A stretch of DNA of 64,000 nt from Azolla caroliniana. Taxonomy: Eukaryota > Plantae > Polypodiophyta. Under the pieces are notes generated by a model. That model did not search any database and was not told where the DNA came from. It worked only from the letters and a program-made list of their open reading frames with translations. Shown here in pieces: positions 1 to 12,445 of this stretch. Position 1 is the first letter of the stretch, and the number at the start of each line of letters is the position of its first letter. The position numbers and the translations under genes were made by a program. The stretch covers positions 2,790,001-2,854,000 of the forward strand of contig JBHGNT010000014.1 in assembly GCA_043228905.1 (NCBI GenBank). The letters are read 5' to 3'.

Positions 1-1790
1 AGGGTTGATCTCCCTTGTTAACATCAAGGAGATCAACACCAGTCATGGAATAGATACTTTTACTCATTGTCATCAACTTCTCAATCTCCCTATCTCATCA
101 ACTTCCCCATCTCTTTATCTCCAATTGTTCATCCGTGACATTTTGTGTGAGATACCCTTTGGAAAGAGGGGGTGAGATTTATATTGGTAATAGGAAGAAT
201 ATATTGGGAAATGGAAAAGGGGTTCTAAGTCTAGATAGGAAAGGGGTTTGTTTAGTTTTGTTTATGTACATATGTATAATATTTAAAAAGGAGTAAACCT
301 TAGTATAGTGGCATGGCAATTTTTGGTTACGAGTAAAGAAAGTGAACCGTGACATGGTAGTGTGGTCAAGGTCGAGTGACGTTAGGGACGTCCAACAGTA
401 AAAACAATTTATAAAACTACAATTTTGTCCTCCTTTGTTGGGCATCGTGTGGTGGGTGGGATGTCGGCTTTGATCGAGATTCGACACAATGGGTTTGACT
501 CCTCCGCTTGAAATTTATATGATGGCTCGTAACTTCTTGCTTGTTGGTAGGAATCAAGATTTGGAAATTCAGTCTTGATCTTTGTAGCGAGTCCAATCTT
601 GGGTGTAGTAAAGTTCTCTTTGTGGTAAGTCGAAGTTTCGTCTTTTCGTCATTGCTCTAGATCGTGCAACTTCATACCCTGAGCTCAGATTTCAAAGCCA
701 ATTTTTTTATCGAGATCCCTGATCAATTACAAGTAATAATAGACAAAGGATTCACCTGAAATCATATGATATAATTATCAAAATTCTTGAATACAATGCA
801 TGTTCATGTAACGATCGAGATATGAACGAGTTATGACTTAGCTCCCTTACATGGAGTTTATTGGAGGTAGACAGGATTATAGAAGAGAGTGGAGATTCGG
901 GAGAGGATTCTTGAGCTTCGATTAAGTAGACTAGCCAAATGGCTTCATTGCCTCTTGTAACCAACGGTTTCAAAAGCTCTTCTTTCACTCGGCAGTGTTT
1001 CTGCCTTGAACCAAAATCCCCCCCCCCCTTGAGACAATGAGCTTTGAGTTGTCCTCTCCTTTTTATAGGCCTATGGAGCTCCTCATTCCCTGGAGCCCTG
1101 AGCAAAATGCAATATACATAATCTCTGCTAGTCCAAACATGACTCAAATCCATGACCTTTCATTCCTAGATAGAGCTCTCAACAATTGTGTGTTGTCCTA
1201 CTGAATCTTGATTCAAGCTCAATTAATCTTTGATCTTGCTCAATAACTTATATCTTTGGTATTTGAATGTTTGTTTTTGTTCCTATTATTCATTCTTGGA
1301 ATATTTTGTTGAATTGTCATCATCCCTTCTTCATAAGATGTAATGCATGCAAGAAGTATCAAATCCATAAAGGTGATGTTTTCTAGAAGGAAGAAGAGCG
1401 AGGCACGTGACTGCGTTGAGAGGTAAAGGTACCATTTCACCAAGAAAGAAGAGAACGAGACATGATGTTACCAATGTGGTGATGGCTTCCAAGTCGACTA
1501 AAAAGACTAAATTAGCCAAGAAGGTTACGAACGAGCAATGCTTTGAAGGACGCCTCAAATTGGGGAGTCAAAAACATATCGAACCACTCAACGTGTGAAT
1601 ATCAAGCACTAATACATTCTACCGAGAAATGCTTCAACGTTTCTTCTATGATGTAAGGGGGGGGGGGGGGGGGGGGTATTGATTTTCACCATCCACCGTG
1701 AGTTGGAGTGACAAAGGGATCAAGCCAAGAGACACATAGAAGTAGAATCAGAGTTTTCTTCATGCTTCTTCTAGGAGCTAGTGTTGTGAA

Positions 1791-2098
1791 GATACTTCTT
1801 CCATGTCCTTCGATCTTATATATATATATATAAAAGTTATAACCCATTTCATCATATGCGCTCGGCACATCACAAACCTTGCTTGCTTGGCTTGACTTGA
1901 CCAGACATGACCAGACATAACCAATGAAGTGTATGGAAAACTAGATACTTCTTCCATGTCCTTCGATCTTATATATATATATATATATATATAAGTTTTA
2001 ACCCATTTCATCATGTGCATGTGCGCTCGTCACATCACAAACCTGACTTGACTTGGCTTGACTTGACCAGACATAACCAATGAAGTGTATGGAAAACT
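1791..2098. repeat. ~153-bp tandem duplication (2 copies, each with a (TA)n tract) upstream of the delta-tubulin gene
   Basis: gatacttcttccatgtccttcgatcttatata...aaccaatgaagtgtatggaaaact starts at 1791 and again at 1944. Confidence 0.85.
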
Positions 2099-2711
2099 TA
2101 GAAAGGGAGGGCAGCTTTGAGAAATGATTGAAGAGGGGTATTCTTGAGAATATGTAAAACCAAGTGCCTCCATTTTCGTTTCTTGCTTCTTCTCTTCTTC
2201 TTCTTCTTCTTCTTCTTCTTCTTTGTTTCTTCCTCTTGTTTCTCTGCAGCAGACGACGAGCTCGCGCCATGTGAGCTTTCTTTCTTTCATTTTATTCGTT
2301 CTTTTCTTTCTTGTTCCTGGATTCCATATCTCTATCTCTGATCAAAAGCTTTTCCTTGTCTCTCATCTCTATGTATTTTTTTAATTTTTGCTTCTGTCCT
2401 GAATTATCTTATCTTTTTTTATTGTTACAAGTTCTGTCTATGCTGTATCTGCAGGTTCCATTCTCTCGTTTTTGTTTTTATTCTCTGTTTTTTCTGAATA
2501 TTGGGTTGTGTAATTATGCATAGAGAGCAAAACCTCACTGGATGGACTGTGAAAGATTTAATCTCATTAGCTATAAATTTCTGAACGTTAATTCTTGACT
2601 ACATTTAGAACCAAGAATGCAGCAAATCACTTCATGTTTTGCGCATGTAAATGTCTTGTTTTTATTGTAGTGTTAAGAGCTATGGTTGCTGATGAATGAA
2701 GAAACAGCAGT

Positions 2712-5034
2712 ATGGGATTCATACTACTCCAGGTGGGTCAAGGAGGTATCCAGTTGGGATCCACATTCTTGGATTCTCTCTGTGCTCTCAGTAAGCCAGG
2801 GAAACCTCCATGTGACTTCTTCAGAGAATCCATGCATACTGCTCAATGTGCAGTTGCACGAACTGTTTTGATCGATACAGAGCCAAACGTGAGTTTTTTC
2901 CCCACTTTTTCTCTCGTAAATAATGGCTTTCATTATGAAAGAATTCACCATGACTAACTTACAATGGAGTTAATATTTTCTCCCTCTGTCTTCAAAGTAT
3001 ATTTGTTGTGAACCTTTGAATCGAGAATTAATGGAAGAAAGTATGGTACATGCAGGTGGTGGCTGCTGCAAAACAGCATTCGAGACACTCTAACAAGTTA
3101 TGGAGATATGGAACACATAGCTCTTTTACCTTACATAGTGGTTCTGGTAACAACTGGGCCTGGGGTTTTTGTGAGAATGGTCCCAAATCTGAAGAGGCCG
3201 TAATGAATCTTATTCGACGGGAGGTATATCTATATCTAGATTCTCACGAAGCCTCTTTGTGTTGAACTTGCAATCAATTATATTCATGCTGCTTCTCTGT
3301 TTTTAAAGATGAGAATTTTGCAGGTTGAGAAATGTGACACCTTTGCTGGCTTTGTGAGCATTCAAAGCTTGGCTGGGGGTACTGGTGGCGGCGTAGGTCA
3401 GTTAAAAAACATTTGCTTCTAAGGAGCCATGTAAGCGTTCAACATATGTGCAATCTAAATACCCTTATAGACATAATCTTGAGACACTTGTACCATTATG
3501 GGCAGGTGCCTATATGTCCGAGGCCCTAAGAGATGAGTATCCATCTTCTTGTACATTGAGCTATTGTATATGGCCATTAGATGGAGAGGTTAGTGTGCAA
3601 TACTACAATGCATTGCTCTCAATTGCCCATTTGCACGAAGTCACCGATGGGATTGTTATTGTAACCAACGAGTCTCTAATGTCCACGTGCAAGAAGGCTG
3701 TGAACATCCAACGGCCATCGTTTCAAGATATGAATGAAGTTGGAGCACGTGCATTAGCTTCTGTACTCTTGCCATCATATCTATGTCCGTGGTCAGTGTC
3801 AAGAAACCCCAAGAAGAACAGTTCCATTGCCAAGGGTAATACACATGGTTTGCTTTGAACATAAATTTTCTTGATTATGAAAAATCTGCATAAGTTGGTT
3901 CGTTGCTCATCACATTGGTTGGTATTGAATATTGACCCTTGATTAAGGAACAGTTGCATAATGATCTCAAACTTTTGCTTAAGGTCTATAAATGTAAATT
4001 TTTCACTATAAAAAATTGTGTAGCTTGGCTGGGTTTGAAAATAAATTCCTGATTATCATTAAAGATTGCAAGTTGATTTGGGTTGGAACATACAGATTCA
4101 TTTGTTATTATCAAAGATTGCATAGTCATAATGCATGCATTGGTCCAGGTATTTACAGCAAGAGTGATATTTCCTACGACAATCGATGGGGCACCGTAGG
4201 ATCTTCAGGATATCAAACTCTCTCGAATATGCTATCAATTCTTTCTTCACATCCGCAATATCGAATGTTGACAATACGAGCCACACCGCAGGTAAGAAGG
4301 AAAAAGCAAAACTCTGTAATACCTCTTACCTTTCTGGATATTTAGCTGAATACCCCTATAGGTTTTCAAAACTCACCATAATCCCGATGTAGTAATAACA
4401 TTTATACTACAGAGAAGTATTATGCTTGGATACTTTACGAGTATTCCCAGTACATAGTGCAAAAACTTAGGCGTATCTTCATGCCACCCCAGACAAAACT
4501 TTTTCATTCTTCATATGGAAAAGCTATAGAAGTTTAACTAACATTTACGATACACAGATGCCAGCTAGCCTTTTGAGGGACACCACATACTCGTGGAGAT
4601 CACATCTAAAACAGCTGAAACGGATGATGTACATAGAATCAGTAGGAGGACGAGAACCAACCGCATATGATGGTAGACCTTCATCGAAGGTGGATCGTTG
4701 CCTCGCAAATCTTCTTGTTTTACGGGGTAAAAATCTTTCAGAAGCCGATGTTTCATTGTTTGATGATAAGGCATTGTATCCAATATGGTCAGTGGATCCC
4801 TTGAGTGTGGCGACGAGTTCTGCCAACTTGGGGGAATATGACATGTTTGCTGGGATGCTAAGCAACTCCTATTCGGCTGTTGCGCCGGTGTCACATTGCC
4901 TTTCCAAAGCATTTGCTATGTATTCCTCCAAAGCTTTCTTGTATCACTATTCTCGGCATGGATTGGAACAGGATGTTTTCAAAACATCTTTTGCGATGGT
5001 CCAAGATATCGTAGCGTACTATGATGCTCTTTAG
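2712..5034 (+). CDS. TUBD1: Delta-tubulin, 6 coding exons (2712-2888, 3056-3223, 3324-3396, 3506-3835, 4149-4291, 4558-5034), 455 aa
   Basis: All introns are GT-AG and phases join into one open 1368-nt frame. Motifs LQVGQGGIQLG, ARTVLIDTEP, GSGNNWAWG, IRREVEKCD, SLAGGTGGGVG, VQYYNALLS and AFLYHY match tubulins, closest to the delta subfamily by recognition. Confidence 0.88.
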
Positions 5035-7647
5035 AATGCTTGCTTGTGGTATATATATTGAATTGATATGCTACGTATGGTTGTTGAACTACCATATCAC
5101 CCTTGGCTTGAGGACAATCCAACCCACTCGGAGGAATGGCCCAAACCTTAGTTACTATCCCCTTGGCACTCATGATCTCTCATGAGCACATATCTGAAGT
5201 TTACTATTTGATGTAGAGGACCATATTTACTGATGTTTTAATTGTAATTAGTCTAAACTATGTCATTATATTTATTGAATGTGACAGCATCCCAAAATAG
5301 CGTTTCCGAGCTGTCTTCTTTCACACACATGGGCATCGTAAGCATCTAGGATAAGAAAACACTTGTTTGTTCGTGGAGAGCATCAAGTTTTAGGAAAACT
5401 TTTTTGGTTTATAAACTTTTGGTGGTGGTATTGAGGACATTCCAATACGAGCCTCCATGTGGCATTGTTGTGGTTCGATGCTCAATGGATTTGTGATCCT
5501 AGTTGTAGTGATGTGTGCACCTTGAATGGGAGCAAGTGATGGTGACCCAATAATCGATACTTCATGTATCATGTGAAACATGCACTTCTTAACAATGAAG
5601 CATACTTAATATTCAACTCTGGTTGGTCGTTATTTAAAAGCTCCCTTGGCTATAAAAGTTTTTCTACCATCCTTGATGTAAGTTTTTTCATCATTGGTTT
5701 ATGGATTAGGCCTGTGGTCTCTCATCATCTATCATAGTCGATCTATTTTTTTATGTTCAAGTGAGGATCATGAGTTAGTTGCTCTTGGTTATTTTATGTT
5801 TATGTTAGTTTATTTGGTATATGTTAAGCTAACATTTGTGACAGATGGAGATATATAAGCCAAATAAGCCACGTTTCAAGGCATATTTTCATCACATGAA
5901 ATGAATCCATGCATACTTTATTAGGAAGTAGCATACCCCATAATCTCTGATTACCGTTGGGCACTATCTCTGCACTTTATCTCTTCCACCTGTGAGGTTC
6001 TATTGGCAAGTAAATTGAAGAACACTAATTGATAATCCCTTCACACTATGACAAAAGAAACTACATCAATTTCAAATGTTTACAACTTCAAGAAAACCTT
6101 TTGATAACTTCAAATTTATCTCTCATCTTCTTTATACTATCTCACTTTAACTCTTCCACCTAGAAGGTTTCTGGACCAAGAATAACCTTGAGGCATCTGG
6201 AGGTAAAAAAGAAGAACTCACTACTTCCACTGCCTAATGTGAAAGGGCCTTTTGAAATATACGACTTGCGACCCATTCCTATTCACACCCTCTAAAAGAA
6301 GACAATAATGCACTTCAAGATTTCCTCATATTAAGCTACAAACATGTATAATTCAAATTCTAATAAGGAAGAATATATAAATAGTATTATTCCACCTATT
6401 TGAACAAAGTGTGCACCCTTGGATAGAAATACCTTTATGTTGAAGGCCAACATGAACATGAGAGCTTCCAATATAAGTTGCACAACATATGATAATATAT
6501 AATAATTCTTCAAGCCGTGACATGTGAAGAGATCATAAAAGATTCAAGATATCCTAAAGCATTGGGTTTTCGAAGAATTAGGTAATTTCTTGGGCCCCAA
6601 CATTAAAATTGGTTAGTCAAATAATTTTATGGAGAGAATCAGTGATTCCAATTAGCTTGCACCCCATGTGATAGATTTTTCCTAACGCTTTCACTGTTTG
6701 AAACGCACAATTCCAATGTTATAAATCAAACTTCTTGTACAAGCATTTTGTTTTAACAACTAATTTTTGGTACACCTAAATTCTCTTACTATGGCATGGG
6801 ACAACATTATCTATTCATAATTTACGAAATCCCAAAATATGACCGATGCATTTTGTTAATAATCTTGGGAACAAAATGCTTCCTAAAAAGAAATACAAAC
6901 ATGAGCAAATATCCATAAGCCTAGTATAGATATCACCATCACATGTATTGTTTGAATACTAAGCGATCCTTGATATTTTATATAAAGTGCAAGCATATTA
7001 AAACATAATGTTGACATGCAACGTCAACACCTAATAAAGTAGGACAAAATAGCATCATTGATATTTAACCATTAAGAAACGATATAACACTGGAGTGACT
7101 TACAATAATTAATGGACGATGATTTGAGAGCGTCTAAATGATTCGAAGACGTCGTCGAGATTCTAAAAAAGAAACCACTCTTATCAGAGCTCTAACATGA
7201 GTGTGAATGTGGGGAGAGTGTGACTAGCCATATTGGGAGTGAATGGGTACAACAACTTCCACGTGAATGATCTCAAGTCAGAAGTAAACAATAAACACTC
7301 TAGCCACGTCTCTTGTCATCTTTATATCTAGTCGGTGAGTGCCGTAGATAGAGGTGGTTAGGAAGGAAAAAGGTGGGGCGAGGCCCATGGGGAAAGACAA
7401 AGAAACTACGGATAAGTCCATATCCTAGGGAGGCCCACCGGATAAGAAAAGGTTTGAAATGACGTCCGTGATTGTTGCGTGGTGGGGACTCTCGATTGAA
7501 CGAACAAACAAACGTAAAGCGAAGGCATGTGGAAAGAGGGCAGTACATGTGTAGGTGAGTTAAGAATGGGGTGGTTGGTCCAAGGAAAACCAAAAAGTGT
7601 GGATGGACAAAAAAGAGGTGTGGTGAAACTTGGGACTCCAGTAATGT

Positions 7648-7658
7648 ATATATAAATA
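7648..7658 (+). promoter_or_regulatory. TATA box of the PMEI gene
   Basis: TATATATAAAT about 95 nt upstream of the ATG at 7745, followed by a (GA)n 5' UTR. Confidence 0.55.
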
Positions 7659-7744
7659 AGAAGGGAGGGGAACTCAAGCACACCCAAGGGAAGAGAGAGA
7701 GAGAGAGAGAGAGAGAGGGAAGGATTAGGAGAGAGAAAGTCCCC

Positions 7745-8410
7745 ATGGCTCTCAATCCATTGCTAGAGGAGGCATGTAACTTGAAGATATTTTATGTCTT
7801 GATTTTGCTAGCAATTTGTGGCGGCAATGTTCTGGCCCCAGCCGCCTCCGCTTCCATTGCACACCAAAAGGCTGGGCGGCACTTCCCGCGGATCTGCACG
7901 GGCACCCCCAATCCGGCATTGTGCGCCCACATTCTCTCGGGCACCCCCGCAAGCACTCCGCTCAACCGCCAGATCGCGATCATCACAACGTACGCATTGC
8001 GCGTGAGCAAAACCGCATATAGGGCCATCGGCAAAGACGCGGAATCCTTTAGGAAATTGAGGAAGAAGCCGATGGCAGCGGAGGAGGCGGACGGGAAGCT
8101 TGCGGAGGGAGCGATTCTAGATTGCTTGGATCTGATGGGGAATTCCATGGATCAGCTGCGGACTACGATCGGTAAGGTGTCGAGCCTCGGGTCCAGGACG
8201 AGGTTAAGGGCGGCGCGCACCCAGCTCATGGATGCGCGCGTCTCGCTGAGCGCGTCCCTCACGTTCCAGAACACGTGCCAGGACGAGCTTAGCCAGCATC
8301 CTGGGGCAGCCGGCGCCAAGTTCGTGCTCCGGGAGGGCCAGCTCATCACGGGGTCCCTGGAGCTCGCGCTCTCGCTGGCCGACACATTGCAAGGAAAACT
8401 CCACCCATGA
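7745..8410 (+). CDS. Secreted pectin methylesterase inhibitor / invertase inhibitor (PMEI) domain protein, single exon, 221 aa
   Basis: Hydrophobic signal segment, then CTGTPNPALC, AILDCLDLMGNSMDQL and DARVSLSASLTFQNTCQDEL, giving the four conserved PMEI cysteines. GC-rich coding sequence. Confidence 0.85.
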   Translation: MALNPLLEEACNLKIFYVLILLAICGGNVLAPAASASIAHQKAGRHFPRICTGTPNPALCAHILSGTPASTPLNRQIAIITTYALRVSKTAYRAIGKDAESFRKLRKKPMAAEEADGKLAEGAILDCLDLMGNSMDQLRTTIGKVSSLGSRTRLRAARTQLMDARVSLSASLTFQNTCQDELSQHPGAAGAKFVLREGQLITGSLELALSLADTLQGKLHP

Positions 8411-11400
8411 TACATACGTATCGGTCGGGCATTGGCCGCCCGGATCGGATCGCTAGTCGGGGCGGCGGCACCCCCCTTTGGGTCCTCCTGGTGTTCCTTT
8501 GCCTCTTTTTCTTATGTGTTTGTTATGTATACAAGCTAAAGCTAAAAGAAAGGGGGGTCAACAAATTGTACCTAATTCCCAACAACCTTCCTAATCTACA
8601 TTATGTATGTATGCATGTATCTCCTTGTGCCTTTCCCCTCTTGAGAAAGAGAGAGAGAAGGGCAGACTTACCCTCATTCACATTATGTATATCATATATG
8701 TATTACCGGGTTTTTGCCATGGGTATGTGCGCGCGCGTGCATACACACACATGTGCTATATATTATATGTTTGAATCATATTGTGTGTGTTTTTTTCCTG
8801 TTTCGCTTGGTATTTGCTTGAGATGTTAATTCTTTTGCATCATTATGTGTTGTGTGTTGTGTGTTGTGCGCGTCGACCTCCTAGGAGAAGTTTAATAAAA
8901 GAGAATTCTCTTCGTCCCCTCGTTTGTGGAGGTTCGAGCTGGACAAAATTCGCCCCGTGATTGAATGATAGTACTTAAACTTGATATAGAAAACAACTCA
9001 CGGATTATATGGATTTACAATGTGGCACATACATATACGGTGCTCCTAGTGTGTGTTCCGTTTTTGTTTTATGGTAGAAAGAAATCCATAGGACGTTTGC
9101 TTTTATTAGTATTTTGCTTTCGTGTCTCATGTGTCTTCTTTTTCATGCATTGTTGGGCATTCTACTTCAACAAATTCATGTCATGATCGAGCAATTGTAA
9201 AATATAGATTTATGATGTAGAGTTTGTATTTACTTGTGTTTGTTTGATATTTGTTCCACTGTGGAAAACAATCGAGTGTGCGGTTTTGAGGAAAACATTA
9301 CTATTTAATATATTAGTGAATCAGCCACCTTTTATGCAACACTTTACTAGAGGAGATGTCGGGGAGTGGAAACTTCTTGAACTCTATCATAGTCATTTGT
9401 AGCTCAACTTTTGTAATGAAAGGAGAGTGAGAGAAATTAAAATAGGTTTGATTTCATTGACCTCTTTCAAGGTAGGAGAGTGACTATGAAGAGAAAGGTT
9501 GAAAGAAACTCAAACAACTATTGATGTCCACATCATAGACTAGGGTCTAGAACTATCACGTTTTTTAATCCCTTTATTTTTTTAAAAGTGCTACTTGATG
9601 TGTTGTATATGTTCCCCAACTTGCCAATGAATGAAAGTTTTCTCCTACCTATTGATCGAGAGATATGTACTCTCCTAATCTCTCCCCAACGCACATTGTA
9701 TTTTGTATCTTGTGACCTACATGATTGCATAATAACTTCAGAGTTTTCAGCCTATTTCGATTATCACATGGCGATGTTTTAAGACAATGGTAAATTATAA
9801 ATATCCACTGAGTAATGATCATATCAATATTGCATAAACCTTCAAACATGATGGCACATAAAGAAAACAAAGTGTTGAAAATGTATTCGATACATATTTG
9901 ATGGGGTTGACATGTAAAAGCATCATACAAAGTTATGTTGATGACCATAATGACAATTGAATGCTTGTGTGGCATTATTGAGGGGATAACATGATCTACC
10001 ATATCGCTTTAAGGTGTATACAAGTTGCTGAGGATTTTTTTTTCATATCAATAACCAACATCGCACACATTTCCCTTTTTCGTTGTTCATGCACACAATA
10101 GATTGTTGATCGTTAACGTCATAGCTCTAATACATGAGGTTCTCAATAAAAGTAAACACACTGTAATATGTTCTACTATCAAGTACTTGCATTTCATTGC
10201 CCACACTTCATGGACATGGACATTTAAAACCTAGGAAACAATCTCATGTTCCGAGAACATGCATAGAGGGATAAAGACAAAAGCACTTAAACAGTAAGGA
10301 AGTATAAAACCAACTACTTGGTTCTTACCCTCTTCTTTATTTTCACCATTTTGGACTTGATCTTATCCTTCTTTTGCCTCTACCATAATATTAACATTAA
10401 GTACTAATTCTAAACCTTATACTAATTGCTTGTGGTTTTTCTTATCACGTAAGTATTTTAAAAAGTTTTGATTAAGTCCTTAGGTAGAGTAACTTGTCTC
10501 TTAATTAAATAATCATCATGAGGGAGGTTAATTGAGTTTTTCTTGGTGATTAACCTGATTGTTAGTAGCTTAGGAATCATTGACAATTGTCCCTACCCAT
10601 GTCACTATAGTCTAGTACCCCAATATACCCTTGATGAGGAGGAATAACTTCACTCAAGACTAAGGTGCGTGCTTGGTGTTACCTTGAGTTGCGATATCTT
10701 ATTTGACATTGTTGTCAAGGGCTTGTCCATTTCTTGAAGCTTTCAATGGGTTTTTTGTAAGCTCCTATGGCAAAAAGCTACAAAGAATAAATAGTGAAGA
10801 AAAGCGCATTGTTGTTATGTGGCGGGCTTGAAAGTGGGAAAGTGGCTAAAATGAGGATAAGGAATGGTGTGAAAGTGTGTGTGAAAAAGTAATAGAGGTG
10901 TGTGAAAAATTAATAGGGAGAGAATGTGTAGTACATGGGAAAATTGGCAAATAACGGGGGCCCATAAAATGTAAATCTATTTAATAAATTTATTAAAGAG
11001 TTAAAACAGAAGTGAATGGTCTATTGGTTAAGGCCATTCAATGTGTGTTGGCGACGCAGAGTTCAATTTTTTGTTAGAGTAACCACATTAGAGTATTTAC
11101 CTTTTTTCTTAACTTTTATTTGAGAAAAGAGACATTTACATTTAATGCAAATGAAGTGCCTCCCTGGCTTATTTTGGGTCCTTTGTTCTTCGTTTTTGGG
11201 GTGGTCTTCTTTGGTGTTTTTGGGAGCTTGGGAGTGTTCATCATTCGTCTTCTTCGACTCTTCTTTGTCTAGGTTTGAACACTTACGATAGAGTGTTCAC
11301 TCTCGTCATTCTTCTTCTTCAAGTTTCTTTTCACCATCAACTCTTCTTTGTCCCTCTTAGGTTTTCAACACTTAAAGGGAGGAGCTCCCCACACTCGATG

Positions 11401-11831
11401 TTCATGTGGTCCTTGATATCTTCAAGCTCATTTTGTCGAGGAACAAGGAGGCATCAAGCTACCACATCAGTCTTTCGTAGGGAGGACGGAGTGGCACAAG
11501 AACTCTACCCTGATTCAAGGCATTGTTGTTGTCAGAGGTAGTTGTGGTTTTGATGGCCCAGTTGAGTCACCTACACATGATGCTTCATTTCTCTCACTTC
11601 CATCTCTTGCTTGGGTTCGTGGTTAACTTGAGGTTACCACCATTGTTACCTCACCCCTTGTGCAACTTGTAAACCCTATTTTATAAAGGGTCTTGTTGAT
11701 GTAATCTAACGTCCACTTCTTAATACAAGGTCATTTTGTCTCAAACTCGTACTCATTGCATTAATCATATGATTAAACTCTTTGTCAAGCATTCGATACG
11801 ACCTCGTGCCTCACAAGCGTTTGCTCCGAGC

Positions 11832-12120
11832 CTTCAACAAGTGCGTTTCTTCGACACAAGTGATTCTTCGACATACACGTTTCTTCAACAAGAGCAAGCC
11901 TCCGACTAGTGTGATCATTCAACTAGTTCGATTTTTCCACTAGCACGAGCCTTCAACTAGTTCGAGCTTTTGACTAACATGGTCTTTCGACTACTTTGAT
12001 CTTTTGACAAGTGCAAGTCTTCAACTTACTCCCTTTTGACTCCTCCATCTTTTCGACTCCTTGGTCCAAGACCCCCTGTGATCCCGCTCAAGTAGCACAC
12101 GCATGCAAGTTTATGCGATA
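11832..12120 (+). repeat. Degenerate ~17-bp tandem array followed by a decayed Gypsy LTR 3' end (old LTR remnant; left boundary not resolved)
   Basis: About 11 units like cttcaactagttcgagc. Then ggtccaagaccccctgtgatcccgc...gcgata, which resembles the end of LTR A (agtccaagacccccgtggtcccgcc...gcgaca). Confidence 0.5.
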
Positions 12121-12445
12121 AGATGAAAGAAAACAAAAACAACATCACCCTAGCACCAAACCGATAAGATTAGGCATATTGATAACTAAAATCACATTTT
12201 AGTCTCTGAATTGTTTTAATGTTTTTTTGTCATTTTTAAATTAATAATATTCTTTCTATTATAATCTCCTTTTCCTTTCCTTGATCATGAAGGATGCTCA
12301 TCTCCATGTACATTAAGTACTTGATATTGAGGAATTTATTGCTTCTTTCATAGGAGAAGAATATAAATGCTTAGTTGATGGAATTCAAAATTGAAAATAT
12401 CACCCCACATTTAAAAAACTCCACCTAATAGTTAGTACCGATCAG

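Noticed and set aside
1-1680. Short ORFs and poly-C/poly-G tracts
   Set aside because: No motifs or termini recognised; probably decayed TE DNA but unsupported
7571-7744. N-terminal extension of the PMEI ORF from a GTG
   Set aside because: It runs through the TATA box and (GA)n UTR; the ATG at 7745 precedes the signal peptide
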